DNA of 64,000 bases from Candidatus Latescibacterota bacterium (GTDB lineage Bacteria > Latescibacterota > UBA2968 > UBA8231). Shown piece after piece: positions 19,459 to 28,201 of the stretch. The notes under the pieces were generated by a model that saw only the letters and a program-made list of their open reading frames with translations, had not been told where the DNA came from and made no database searches. Within the stretch, counting starts at the first letter, position 1, and each line of letters opens with the position of its first letter. The position numbers were made by a program, and so were the translations under genes. The stretch spans positions 1,472,001-1,536,000 of the forward strand of contig OZ252098.1 of the NCBI GenBank assembly GCA_965248355.1, read 5' to 3'.

Positions 19459-20565
19459 TCAGTCCACCCGGTTCGCCTCGATGTAGTCCCAGTCGTAGGC
19501 GATGCCCAGCCCCGGCTCCTGCGATACGTGGACGAACCCTTCGTCGTCCATGGGGTCGGCCAGGGCCGTCAGGTGGGGCGGGACCCACTCGTAGTCGATC
19601 TCGGCGCGCAGGAGACCGCGCTCGTAGTAGCGGCAGGTGGCCTGGGGCGCCGCCGCGGCCAGGTGGAGATGCGGGGCGCCGACGAAGTGCAGCTCGCACT
19701 GGGCGCCGTAGAGCTGACAGAGGTTGATCAGCTTCCAGCATCCGGTGATGCCGCCGTAGTTGACGTCGATGCGCACCATGTCGCAGGCGCGCTGCAGCAG
19801 CCACTCCGCCCGGGCGAAGGGGCCGCCGCCGACGTGCTCGGGCGAGCAGATGGCGATCCGGGTCTGCTCCGTCAGCTTCCGGTAGGCCTCCACCCGGGTC
19901 TCCACCATGGGGTGCTCGAGCCAGTAGAAGTCGAGGTCCTCCAGCTCCCGCGCGACCCACAGGGACTCCTCGAGGGTGTAGACCCCGAAGGGATCGAGCA
20001 TCAGGGTGATGTCGTCCCCCACGGCCTCGCGAACGGCGCGGCAGATCTCCACGTCCTCCTTGGGAAAGCCCGGCAGCTGGCGAACCGACTGGCGGGTGTG
20101 GGGGTTTCGGAAGATGTTGGCGTGGATCTTGAAGGCGCGGTAGCCGCGCTCCACGCAGCTGCGCGCGAGGGCCGCGTAGACCTCGGGCTCGCCGAGGTCG
20201 GGAGCGGTGCTGGCGTAGGCCTCGACTTTCTCGCGCGTCCCCCCGAGGAGCTGGTGGACCGGCACGCCGGCGATCTGTCCCTTCAGGTCCCACAGGGCGC
20301 AGTCCACATGCCCCATGTCATGCTCCCCGAGGCCGCGGCTGCTGGTGCACCGCTGGTCCATCCGGTGCCAGATCTTCTCGCTGTTCAGGGGGTTTTCCCC
20401 GACGAGCAGACCCTTGATGAACCCCTCCACTCTGTCTTTTTCTCCGTTCGGGATGTGACCTCTGACTCCTTCGTCGGTCGAGATCCGGATGATCGAGCTG
20501 GTGGTCTCTCCCCGGCCCTGCTTTCTCGTGCGGAACCGAATCACTTCCACGTCGGTGATCTTCAC
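19459..20565 (-). CDS. Mandelate racemase/muconate lactonizing (enolase superfamily) enzyme, copy 1 with a 16-aa N-terminal deletion
   Basis: DCALWDLKG, LLGG, FKIH, MLDP, WLEHP, SPEH, RIDV, ELH, YYE, PGLG. Confidence 0.9.
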   Translation of the reverse strand: MKITDVEVIRFRTRKQGRGETTSSIIRISTDEGVRGHIPNGEKDRVEGFIKGLLVGENPLNSEKIWHRMDQRCTSSRGLGEHDMGHVDCALWDLKGQIAGVPVHQLLGGTREKVEAYASTAPDLGEPEVYAALARSCVERGYRAFKIHANIFRNPHTRQSVRQLPGFPKEDVEICRAVREAVGDDITLMLDPFGVYTLEESLWVARELEDLDFYWLEHPMVETRVEAYRKLTEQTRIAICSPEHVGGGPFARAEWLLQRACDMVRIDVNYGGITGCWKLINLCQLYGAQCELHFVGAPHLHLAAAAPQATCRYYERGLLRAEIDYEWVPPHLTALADPMDDEGFVHVSQEPGLGIAYDWDYIEANRVD

Positions 20566-20655
20566 GGGATCCTCCTGGAATGGTTGCGGACGGCAGGCTC
20601 GTGCCGGATTCCCCGCCCGGCAGGCGCGAGCGGGAAGGATAGTCGGAGGCCGCCG

Positions 20656-21810
20656 TCAGTCCACCCGGTTCGCCTCGATGTAGTCCCAGTCGTAGGCGAT
20701 GCCCAGCCCCGGCTCCTGCGACACGTGGACGAACCCTTCGTCGTCCATGGGATCGGCCAGGGCCGTCAGGTGGGGCGGCACCTCCTCGTAGTCGATCTCG
20801 GCGCGCAGCAGGCCGCGCTCGTAGTAGCGGCAGGTGGCCTGGGGCGCCGCCGCGGCCAGGTGGAGGTGCGGGGCGCCGACGAAGTGCAGCTCGCACTGGG
20901 CGCCGTAGAGCTGGCAGAGGTTGATCAGCTTCCAGCACCCGGTGATGCCGCCGTAGTTGACGTCGATGCGCACCATGTCGCAGGCGCGCTGCAGCAGCCA
21001 CTCGGCCCGGGCGAAGGGGCCGCCGCCGACGTGCTCGGGCGAGCAGATGGCGATCTGCGTCTGCTCCGTCAGCTTCCGGTAGGCCTCCACCCGGGTCTCC
21101 ACCATGGGGTGCTCGAGCCAGTAGAAGTCGAGGTCCTCCAGCTCCCGCGCGACCCACAGGGACTCCTCGAGGGTGTAGACCCCGAAGGGATCGAGCATCA
21201 GGGTGATGTCGTCCCCCACGGCCTCGCGAACGGCGCGGCAGATCTCCACGTCCTCCTTGGGAAAGCCCGGCAGCTGGGGCGCCGGCTCCCGGGTGTGGGG
21301 GTTCCAGAAGATGTTGGCGTGGATCTTGAAGGCGTTGTAGCCGCGCTCCACGCAGCTGCGCGCCAGCGACGCGTAGTCCTCCGGCCCGCCGAGGTTGGGG
21401 GCGGTGCTGGCGTAGGCCTCGACCTTCTCGCGCGTCCCCCCGAGGAGCTGGTAGACCGGGACGCCGGCGATCTGTCCCTTCAGGTCCCACAGGGCGCAGT
21501 CCATCTGCCCCGTCACATGCTCCCCGAGGCCGTGGCTGCGGGTGCATTGCTGGTCCATCCAGTGCCAGATCTTCTCGCTGTTCAGGGGGTCCTCGCCGAC
21601 GAGCAACCCCTTGATGAACCCTTCCAACCTGTGTTTGTCGCCGCCCGGGATGTGTCCCCTGACTCCCTCGTCGGTCGAGATCCGGGTGATCGAGCTGGTG
21701 GTCTCGACCCCGCCGCCTCCCTTCCAGACGCCGTAGCCCCAGCGGGAACCGGTCCCCCGGCCCCGCTTTCTGGTGCGGAAACGAATCACTTCCACGTCGG
21801 TGATCTTCAC
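20656..21810 (-). CDS. Mandelate racemase/muconate lactonizing (enolase superfamily) enzyme, copy 2
   Basis: Same motifs as copy 1 and nearly identical DNA; GTG start with AGGAGG RBS. Confidence 0.9.
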   Translation of the reverse strand: MKITDVEVIRFRTRKRGRGTGSRWGYGVWKGGGGVETTSSITRISTDEGVRGHIPGGDKHRLEGFIKGLLVGEDPLNSEKIWHWMDQQCTRSHGLGEHVTGQMDCALWDLKGQIAGVPVYQLLGGTREKVEAYASTAPNLGGPEDYASLARSCVERGYNAFKIHANIFWNPHTREPAPQLPGFPKEDVEICRAVREAVGDDITLMLDPFGVYTLEESLWVARELEDLDFYWLEHPMVETRVEAYRKLTEQTQIAICSPEHVGGGPFARAEWLLQRACDMVRIDVNYGGITGCWKLINLCQLYGAQCELHFVGAPHLHLAAAAPQATCRYYERGLLRAEIDYEEVPPHLTALADPMDDEGFVHVSQEPGLGIAYDWDYIEANRVD

Positions 21811-22023
21811 GGGATCCTCCTGGAATGGCTGCGGATGGCAGGCTGGTGTCAGAGTCGCCTGGTGAGGGCAGGGCGTGAAGGATAGGTCGGAGGCCGCCGT
21901 GCCTGCGAACCCCGCCGGCGAGCCTCGCCGGTCCGGCGGCCCACAGGCGGCACGACCGGCTTCAGGGATCCCGCCGCGCCTCGAGCCGTTGGCGTGCCCT
22001 CGCGGGCTGTCGGCTGGCCAGCC

Positions 22024-23361
22024 TCAGGCGCCGGTCTGCGCCTCCAGGAACTCCCGCGCCGGGAAGGTGGGGGCCGTCCGCGGCGACAGGGCCTCCGGGT
22101 CGGCGACGACGGCCGTGGCCGGCGGCTCGAGGAAGGCCCCGTCGAGCAGGGGATCGCCGGTCTCCCGCTGCCACCGATGCAGGCGGCCCCTCATTTCGGC
22201 CAGCACCTCCCGGTGGGCGGCGTCCCCGGCGACGTTGCGCCGCTCCAGGGGATCGGCGGCCAGGTCGTAGAGCCTCTCGGCGGCCTCCTCGCGCTCACCC
22301 CAGCCGCGGGCCAGCAGGTAGTCCTTGCTGGGGCTGTCGTCGCAGTTGGGCAGGACCGGACGGGCGCGCGGGTGCAGGCGGCGGATGTACTTCCAGCGGC
22401 GGGTGCGCACGGCCCGCTGGGGCTCGTGGCAGACGTGGTAGTTGATCTCGGCGAAGACCTCCTCGCGGACCTGCCGCCGGCCCGCCGCCAGCGGCCGCAG
22501 GGAGACGCCCTGGAGCCAGTCCGGCCGCGGCAGGCCGGCCAGCTCGCAGATCGTCGGGAAGAGGTCGATCTGGCTGACCAGCCCGTCGATGGCCCGCCCG
22601 CCCTCCAGGCCCCCCGGCCCGCGCAGGATCAGCATCACCCCCATGCCGTGGTCGGTGAGGTGGCACTTCATCAGCGGGAAGGCGAGGCCGTGGTCGGTGG
22701 TGCAGATCACCAGCGTCTCCCCGCGCAGGCCGTTGGCGTCCAGGGCGGCCAGGACCCGCCCCATCTGCCGGTCGAGGGTGCGCGCCGCGTCGATGTACGA
22801 GGCCATGTCCCGGCGGATCTCCGGGGCGTCGGGCAGCGGCGCCGGCGGTTGCACGCAGCGCGGGTCGGTGGGCTCCTCGCCCTCCGGCGGCGGGTCGAAC
22901 CCCCGCCCCCGGCGATGGGTGGCGCCGAAGCCCACGTCGAGGAAGAAGGGACGCTCGTGGCGCTCTCCCAGGAAGGCCGCCGCGCGCTCCTCGGTGGGGC
23001 TCCCGTCCTCGAGGATGCGCTCGCAGCCCCCTTCCGCGGGATCGGCGACAACGTGCTGGAGGCCCGCCCGCACCGTCCGGTACCCCGCCCCGGCGAGGAC
23101 CCGCGGCAGCAGGCGCTCGGGGCGGGGCAGGCTCCAGCCCCGATTGACGAGCCCGCCCATGCCGCAGCTGTGGGCCCACTGGCCGGTGAGCAGGCTGGCC
23201 CGGCTCGGGGAGCAGGTCGGGTTGGCGCAGAAGGCCTGGCGGAAGAGCACCCCCTCCCCGGCCAGCCGCTGGATGTGGGGTGTGGGCACGGCGTATCCGT
23301 AGGGAGCGACGTAGCGGCCGGTGTCGTGGGAGTGCAGGTAGAGGAGATGCGGTCTCTTCAT
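22024..23361 (-). CDS. Sulfatase (Cys-type, formylglycine-dependent)
   Basis: Start re-called to MKRPHLLY (AAGGAGG RBS); CSPSRASLLTG, TTDHG, RWKYI, LYDLAADPLE. Confidence 0.92.
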   Translation of the reverse strand: MKRPHLLYLHSHDTGRYVAPYGYAVPTPHIQRLAGEGVLFRQAFCANPTCSPSRASLLTGQWAHSCGMGGLVNRGWSLPRPERLLPRVLAGAGYRTVRAGLQHVVADPAEGGCERILEDGSPTEERAAAFLGERHERPFFLDVGFGATHRRGRGFDPPPEGEEPTDPRCVQPPAPLPDAPEIRRDMASYIDAARTLDRQMGRVLAALDANGLRGETLVICTTDHGLAFPLMKCHLTDHGMGVMLILRGPGGLEGGRAIDGLVSQIDLFPTICELAGLPRPDWLQGVSLRPLAAGRRQVREEVFAEINYHVCHEPQRAVRTRRWKYIRRLHPRARPVLPNCDDSPSKDYLLARGWGEREEAAERLYDLAADPLERRNVAGDAAHREVLAEMRGRLHRWQRETGDPLLDGAFLEPPATAVVADPEALSPRTAPTFPAREFLEAQTGA

Positions 23362-23569
23362 CGAATTCGCCTCCTTGCATACGGACCGCGATGCGCCGGC
23401 GCGCGGCGCATCGCGCGGGCACCTGACGGACGCGCGGGACGGGGCTGGAACTCGGGGCGCCCCTGGGTGGCGCCGGTGCCCTTGGGCGCCGGCCGGGGTG
23501 GGCTCCATGCTTGCCCCGGCCATCCCGTGGGTGCCTAAGTTTGGATGCCAACCACTGAAGAACACCTCG

Positions 23570-25507
23570 ATGGATCAACCCGTCCCACCCTCCACCTCCA
23601 CCCTCTCCCGCCTCGGCGAGGGGCTCCGCCGCTGGCCGGAGCGCTTCGGCCTCGACCTCCGGGGCCTGGCGCTCTTCCGCATCCTCCTCGGCCTGCTCCT
23701 CCTCGTCGACCTGGCGATGCGGGCGGCCGATCTGCGCGTCTTCTACTCCGACGCCGGCGTGCTCCCGCGCATCGACCTGCTCGACCGGCTCGCCACCGGC
23801 GTCACGCCGTGGAGCGTGTCCCTTCACATGATGAGCGGGCTCTGGGGAGTGCAGCTCCTGCTCTTCGCCATCGCCGCCTTCTGCGCCGTCTGCCTGCTCA
23901 TCGGCCACCGGACCCGGCTCTTCACCGTCCTCAGCTGGTTCCTCCTGATGTCGTTGCACAGCCGGAATCCCACCATTCTCAACGCCGGCGACGTGCTCTT
24001 CCGGATGCTCATGTTCTGGTCCATGTTCCTGCCTCTCGGGGCGCGCTGCTCGGTCGACGCCGCCATGAAGGAGCCGCAAGAGAGCGATCCCGCCGCGCGC
24101 AATGACCGCACCTGGTCGGTGCCCGCCTTCTGTTTCATGGCCCAGATCAGCATCGTCTACTGGGCCACGGCGCTGCTCAAGACCCACCCCATCTGGACCG
24201 AGGACCGAAGCGCGGTCTGGCACGCCCTCAAGCTCGACTACATGGCCCTGCCCCTGGCGACCCTGATGCGCGAGTGGCCGCAAGGCCTGCTCGAGCTCAT
24301 GACCCGGGGCACCCTCTTCCTGGAGGTCGCGGCGCCCCTGCTGCTCTGGGTCCCCGTCTTCGTCGGCCCCCTGCGGCTGACCGCCTGCGCGCTCATGGTC
24401 GCCATGCACGCGACCTTCGCCGCGACCCTGCAGCTCGGCCTGTTCTCGTACGTGTGCGGGGCCATGTGGCTGGCCCTGCTGCCGCCATCGGTCTGGGACC
24501 GCCTGTTCGCGCGCTTCCGGCGCGATCCACGGCGCCTCGGAATGACCCTGCACTACGACGGCGACTGCGGCTTCTGCCGCCGCATGGTCCTCGTGATCCG
24601 CGGCTTCTTCCTGCTGCCCGAGACCGCCATCGCCAAGGGCCAGGACGACGCCAGGATCGAGCGCGCCATGCGCAAGCGGGACTCGTGGGTGGTCACCGAC
24701 CACGAAGGCAAGCACCACTACAAGTTCGAGGCCCTCGGCTACGTGCTCTCGCGCTCGCCGTGGGCGTGGCCCCTCGGGGCGGTCCTGGGGGCGAGGGTGT
24801 TCCGCAAGACCGGCACCTGGCTCTACGACCAGACGGCGGGCCGCCGCGAGCCGATGGGGCGTCTCACCGGCTGGATGCGCCCCCGGCCGGCCGGGCCCCC
24901 GCGCCGTCCCCTCGTCTGGCTCCGCAATGCCTTTCTGCTGGCCACCCTCGCCTACGTCGTCCTCTGGAACGCCCGCGGCCTGCACACCAAGGAGGTCTTT
25001 CAGGCGGACTCCGGGGCCGGCAAGTTCTCGGCGGCGGCCGCGGGCTGGATCTCCGGCTCCCGGGACCGGGGCCCTCCCGTCGACCGCCGGTGGTACGGCC
25101 GCGTCCTGCGGATCAGCCAGCTCTGGAGCATGTTCGCCCCCTATCCGTCCCGCAGCAGCGGGTGGTACGTGGTGGTGGGCACGCTCGCCGATGGATCCCA
25201 GGTCGATCTCTACCGTCACGTCGTCCTGGGAGAGGAGTTCGCGCCGGTCTCCTGGGACCGGCCCGAGCGCCTGGTGGAGACCTTCCGGGGACCGCGCTGG
25301 CGCAAGTACATGATGTCCCTGCGCAAGAAGCAGAAGCGGGAGTACCGCCCCCTCCTGTGCAAGTACCTGGCGCGCGAATGGAAACGGGAGTTCGGCCTCT
25401 CCGCGCCGTTGACCCTGGTGGAGCTCTACTTCAACGAGGAGCGGATCGAGGCCTACGAGCCCAACACGGGGCCGACGAAGCGGCGCCTGTGGTACTACAC
25501 ACCCTGA
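23570..25507 (+). CDS. HTTM-domain membrane protein with an internal DCC1-like (DUF393) thiol-disulfide domain
   Basis: DLRGLALFRI, FYSDAGVLPR, RNP....GD, FLPLGARCSVDA; internal YDGDCGFC; C-terminal QLWSMFAPYP and RWRKY. Confidence 0.82.
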   Translation: MDQPVPPSTSTLSRLGEGLRRWPERFGLDLRGLALFRILLGLLLLVDLAMRAADLRVFYSDAGVLPRIDLLDRLATGVTPWSVSLHMMSGLWGVQLLLFAIAAFCAVCLLIGHRTRLFTVLSWFLLMSLHSRNPTILNAGDVLFRMLMFWSMFLPLGARCSVDAAMKEPQESDPAARNDRTWSVPAFCFMAQISIVYWATALLKTHPIWTEDRSAVWHALKLDYMALPLATLMREWPQGLLELMTRGTLFLEVAAPLLLWVPVFVGPLRLTACALMVAMHATFAATLQLGLFSYVCGAMWLALLPPSVWDRLFARFRRDPRRLGMTLHYDGDCGFCRRMVLVIRGFFLLPETAIAKGQDDARIERAMRKRDSWVVTDHEGKHHYKFEALGYVLSRSPWAWPLGAVLGARVFRKTGTWLYDQTAGRREPMGRLTGWMRPRPAGPPRRPLVWLRNAFLLATLAYVVLWNARGLHTKEVFQADSGAGKFSAAAAGWISGSRDRGPPVDRRWYGRVLRISQLWSMFAPYPSRSSGWYVVVGTLADGSQVDLYRHVVLGEEFAPVSWDRPERLVETFRGPRWRKYMMSLRKKQKREYRPLLCKYLAREWKREFGLSAPLTLVELYFNEERIEAYEPNTGPTKRRLWYYTP

Positions 25508-25534
25508 GACTGCCATCGACACTTGGGAGGAATC

Positions 25535-25882
25535 ATGCGCCTGCTCATCCCAACCCTCGTCACGGCCCAGCTGGCTGCGGCCGACGCATCCGACTGGCGG
25601 CGACCCGCCGAGATCCACGTAGTTTTGGCCTGGACCAGTGACGAGGTAGCCAACGATGACCACGACTTGAGGAAAGTCGACAAGGAAAACAAGAGGTACA
25701 CCTACCCGAATCGATATGCCAAGCATGGAGACTGCGGCTTTGAACTCGATATCAGGGTCTATGAAGACGACCTCTGGTACGAAGATGAAATGGCCACATG
25801 GTATGGCAAACGGATTCCCATCACCCTCGAAGATCCGGACGAAGTGAAGATCACGGTCAGTCGATCTTCCAACGACGGGTAG
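25535..25882 (+). CDS. Small hypothetical, possibly secreted acidic protein (atypical codon usage)
   Basis: GGAGG RBS before ATG 25535; signal-like N-terminus; lower-GC DNA. Confidence 0.45.
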   Translation: MRLLIPTLVTAQLAAADASDWRRPAEIHVVLAWTSDEVANDDHDLRKVDKENKRYTYPNRYAKHGDCGFELDIRVYEDDLWYEDEMATWYGKRIPITLEDPDEVKITVSRSSNDG

Positions 25883-25924
25883 CCGTTCAGGGCCGGGGGC
25901 TCCTGGCCCCCGGCCTCACCAAAA

Positions 25925-26494
25925 GTGAGACCGAAGATGAAACTTCAAACGTATTGCTTCCTGGCTGCCCTGGTCCTACAGGTCCAACCATCCAGGGCCG
26001 ACGCCGACACCCTCGCCATGGCCCTGGATCTTCCGAAGGATGGGCTATCCTTCTGGTATCTGTCGAAGAGATCCTCATTTGGAGTCGAGCTGGAACTTCA
26101 ACAAAGGTGGTTCAGGGACAGCGAATGGACGAATACGGATAGCCTTCGGATCGGCCTTGGCCTCGTGTTCCAGAGAGCCTGGACAGATCCGGACGAGCTA
26201 TACCCCTTCTGGTTCCTGCGTTTCAACGGCGCCCACAACACGTATGACCGGCGCCCCAGCCCCAAATCCGGACGTGTCAGCGGATGGTCCATCGTTGTAT
26301 TAGACATGGGCATAGAACTCGGTGTGGGAGTTGCCTGGAAGCCGTTTGACCGAGTCGCCCTATGGGTCAGGCAGGGGATTTCCTTGTCAGGAAGGGGCTG
26401 GACAAGCGACCATCCGACGATCGGCAGACCCGGCCATGCCATGGGCAAGGTTGTCCTGACGGAGCCCGTAGTGCTTGCTGTGTTCTCATGGTAA
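25925..26494 (+). CDS. Hypothetical small outer-membrane beta-barrel-like protein
   Basis: Signal peptide, alternating amphipathic strands (FGVELEL, IGLGLVF, ELGVGVAW), C-terminal aromatic residue; atypical codon usage. Confidence 0.5.
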   Translation: MRPKMKLQTYCFLAALVLQVQPSRADADTLAMALDLPKDGLSFWYLSKRSSFGVELELQQRWFRDSEWTNTDSLRIGLGLVFQRAWTDPDELYPFWFLRFNGAHNTYDRRPSPKSGRVSGWSIVVLDMGIELGVGVAWKPFDRVALWVRQGISLSGRGWTSDHPTIGRPGHAMGKVVLTEPVVLAVFSW

Positions 26495-26778
26495 GTAAAG
26501 AATCGCCCCAGAAACCGCGAAGTGCCCCGGCCTCATTGTAGATCTTGTTTTCTGCTGACGGAGTCTGGCCGTAGCCCGCGCCTTCCCCCCCAAGGACCGT
26601 CCACACGGCCGCCATGGTCGAGGCGAGGAGAATGATGCGGGAAAGCCGGTATGTCATCGGGACTCGCTTGGAGGAGATTCGACCCAAGGCGAGGGGCTGC
26701 TGCTGGCGTAGTGAATGTAGAGCCGCCGGCGACCTTCAGCCTGGAGATGGCCGAAGGCCGTCGCGTCCAGCAGAGTTC

Positions 26779-27189
26779 TCAGTGCCGTTTGCCGCCGTGA
26801 TGGGAGGCGGGGCCGTGTCTCATCCAGCGCTTGTGGCGCTCCAGGTGCCGCTGCAGCCGCCGGCGCTGATCGTCGGTCAGCAGCGGATGGAGGGCGGCTC
26901 TCATGGAGTCCAGCTGGGCCCGGCGCTGGCCGTCCCTGGCGATGCGGTTGGTCCGCATCCGTCCATCGATGCGGCGCAGGACCTCGGCGATCTGCTCGCG
27001 CCGGGTCTCGTCCACCGGGCCGATGGCCCGCCGGATGCCGGCGGTGAACAGGGCCGGCCTCGCCAGGCTCAGGGCGTCGCGGAAGCGGTGGCGCTGGTAG
27101 ACGCTGAACCCGAGGGCCCCCACTACCATGCCCAACACGAGGGTGGCGATGAGGATGGCGGCGATCCGGGTGCCGGAGGACACGGTCAC
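26779..27189 (-). CDS. Periplasmic Spy/CpxP-like helical protein of the ECF operon
   Basis: GTG start overlaps the anti-sigma stop; N-terminal TM helix; LTDDQRRRL (LTxxQ) motif. Confidence 0.65.
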   Translation of the reverse strand: MTVSSGTRIAAILIATLVLGMVVGALGFSVYQRHRFRDALSLARPALFTAGIRRAIGPVDETRREQIAEVLRRIDGRMRTNRIARDGQRRAQLDSMRAALHPLLTDDQRRRLQRHLERHKRWMRHGPASHHGGKRH

Positions 27190-27605
27190 AGCTCCATCAT
27201 CTCGGCGGTCTCCGCCGAAACCGGCGGCACGCCGAAGGTGACCTCCAGGAAGGAGGACCCCTCGGACGAGAGGTCGCGGTCCCGCCAGTTCAGCACCGCC
27301 AGGAACAGCGCCACGGCCAGGGTGACGGGCACGAGGGGGCGGAAGAGGCGCATGAGGCCGTCGGCGAGGCTGGGCGCCCCGGCGCGCTCGCGGCTCAGGC
27401 GGGCCAGGACGCTCGCGGAGAACCAGGCGCCGAAGCTCTCGGCCCGAGTCGCCGAGAGCAGGTCCCCCGTCCGGCGCAACTGCTCCCATTCCATGCGGAA
27501 GCCCTCGTCCGAGGACAGCAGCTCCTCGAAACGGGCCTTCCGCCCTTCGTCGAGATCGCCGCCCAGGGCCCGGGCGAGCAACTCGTCCCGTTCACTCTTC
27601 TCCAT
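27186..27605 (-). CDS. Putative membrane anti-sigma factor
   Basis: Overlaps the ECF sigma gene; short cytoplasmic domain (ALGGDL.......FEELL) then one TM helix. Confidence 0.75.
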   Translation of the reverse strand: MEKSERDELLARALGGDLDEGRKARFEELLSSDEGFRMEWEQLRRTGDLLSATRAESFGAWFSASVLARLSRERAGAPSLADGLMRLFRPLVPVTLAVALFLAVLNWRDRDLSSEGSSFLEVTFGVPPVSAETAEMMEL

Positions 27606-28167
27606 GATCGAACCTCCGCTGCAGGATCTCCTTCAGGCTGGACAGGCCGCGCGACAGCCGCGACAGCACCGTGCCTTCGGGCAGCCCCAGGGCCTGGGCC
27701 GTCTCCCGCGTCGAATACCCCTGGATCGTGCGCAGCACCACCACGGCGCGGTGATCCGGCTTGAGCCGTTGCAGCGCCATTTGCACCTCGGCCCGGGTGT
27801 CGGCCTGGTCCTGCAGGGCCGCCCCGTCCGTGAACGGCGCCGGCGCCGGGTCCTCTTCGCTGTCCAGACTCCAGAATCGCCACCGAGCCCGCTGACGGCT
27901 CCTCGAGACGTTGAGCGAGAGGTTGATGGCGATGCGGGTAAGATAGGTGCCAAGGGCCGCCTCTCCACGGAAGCGGCCGAGGGCGGCGTGGAAGCGGATG
28001 AAGGTCTCCTGGCCCACGTCCTCGGCGTCCGTTCCCGGTCCCAGCATGCCCACCACCGTCGCCGCGACCTGGGACTCGTAGCGCTCGACGAGCTCGCGGA
28101 AGGCCCCGTCGTCGCCGTCGCCGGCGCGCCGGGTCAGCTCCAGGTCAGACGGGGGTTCTCCACTCAT
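27592..28167 (-). CDS. ECF RNA polymerase sigma factor
   Basis: AFRELVERY, DAEDVGQETF, TYLTRIAIN, GYSTRETA..LG.PEGTV.SRL.RG. Confidence 0.93.
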   Translation of the reverse strand: MSGEPPSDLELTRRAGDGDDGAFRELVERYESQVAATVVGMLGPGTDAEDVGQETFIRFHAALGRFRGEAALGTYLTRIAINLSLNVSRSRQRARWRFWSLDSEEDPAPAPFTDGAALQDQADTRAEVQMALQRLKPDHRAVVVLRTIQGYSTRETAQALGLPEGTVLSRLSRGLSSLKEILQRRFDHGEE

Positions 28168-28201
28168 TGGACAGCGGCCGTCCCCTCTTCATTCCCCTCT
28201 T

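Larger units (their letters stand above)
19459..21899. repeat. Head-to-tail tandem duplication of about 1.2 kb (units 19459..20655 and 20656..21899)
   Basis: Both units start at TCAGTCCACCCGGTTCGCC and end at GTCGGAGGCCGCCG, including the upstream intergenic DNA. Confidence 0.92.

Noticed and set aside
19459..21899. Diversity-generating retroelement template/variable repeat pair
   Set aside because: No reverse transcriptase is present, the differences are not adenine-specific, and the whole gene is duplicated.
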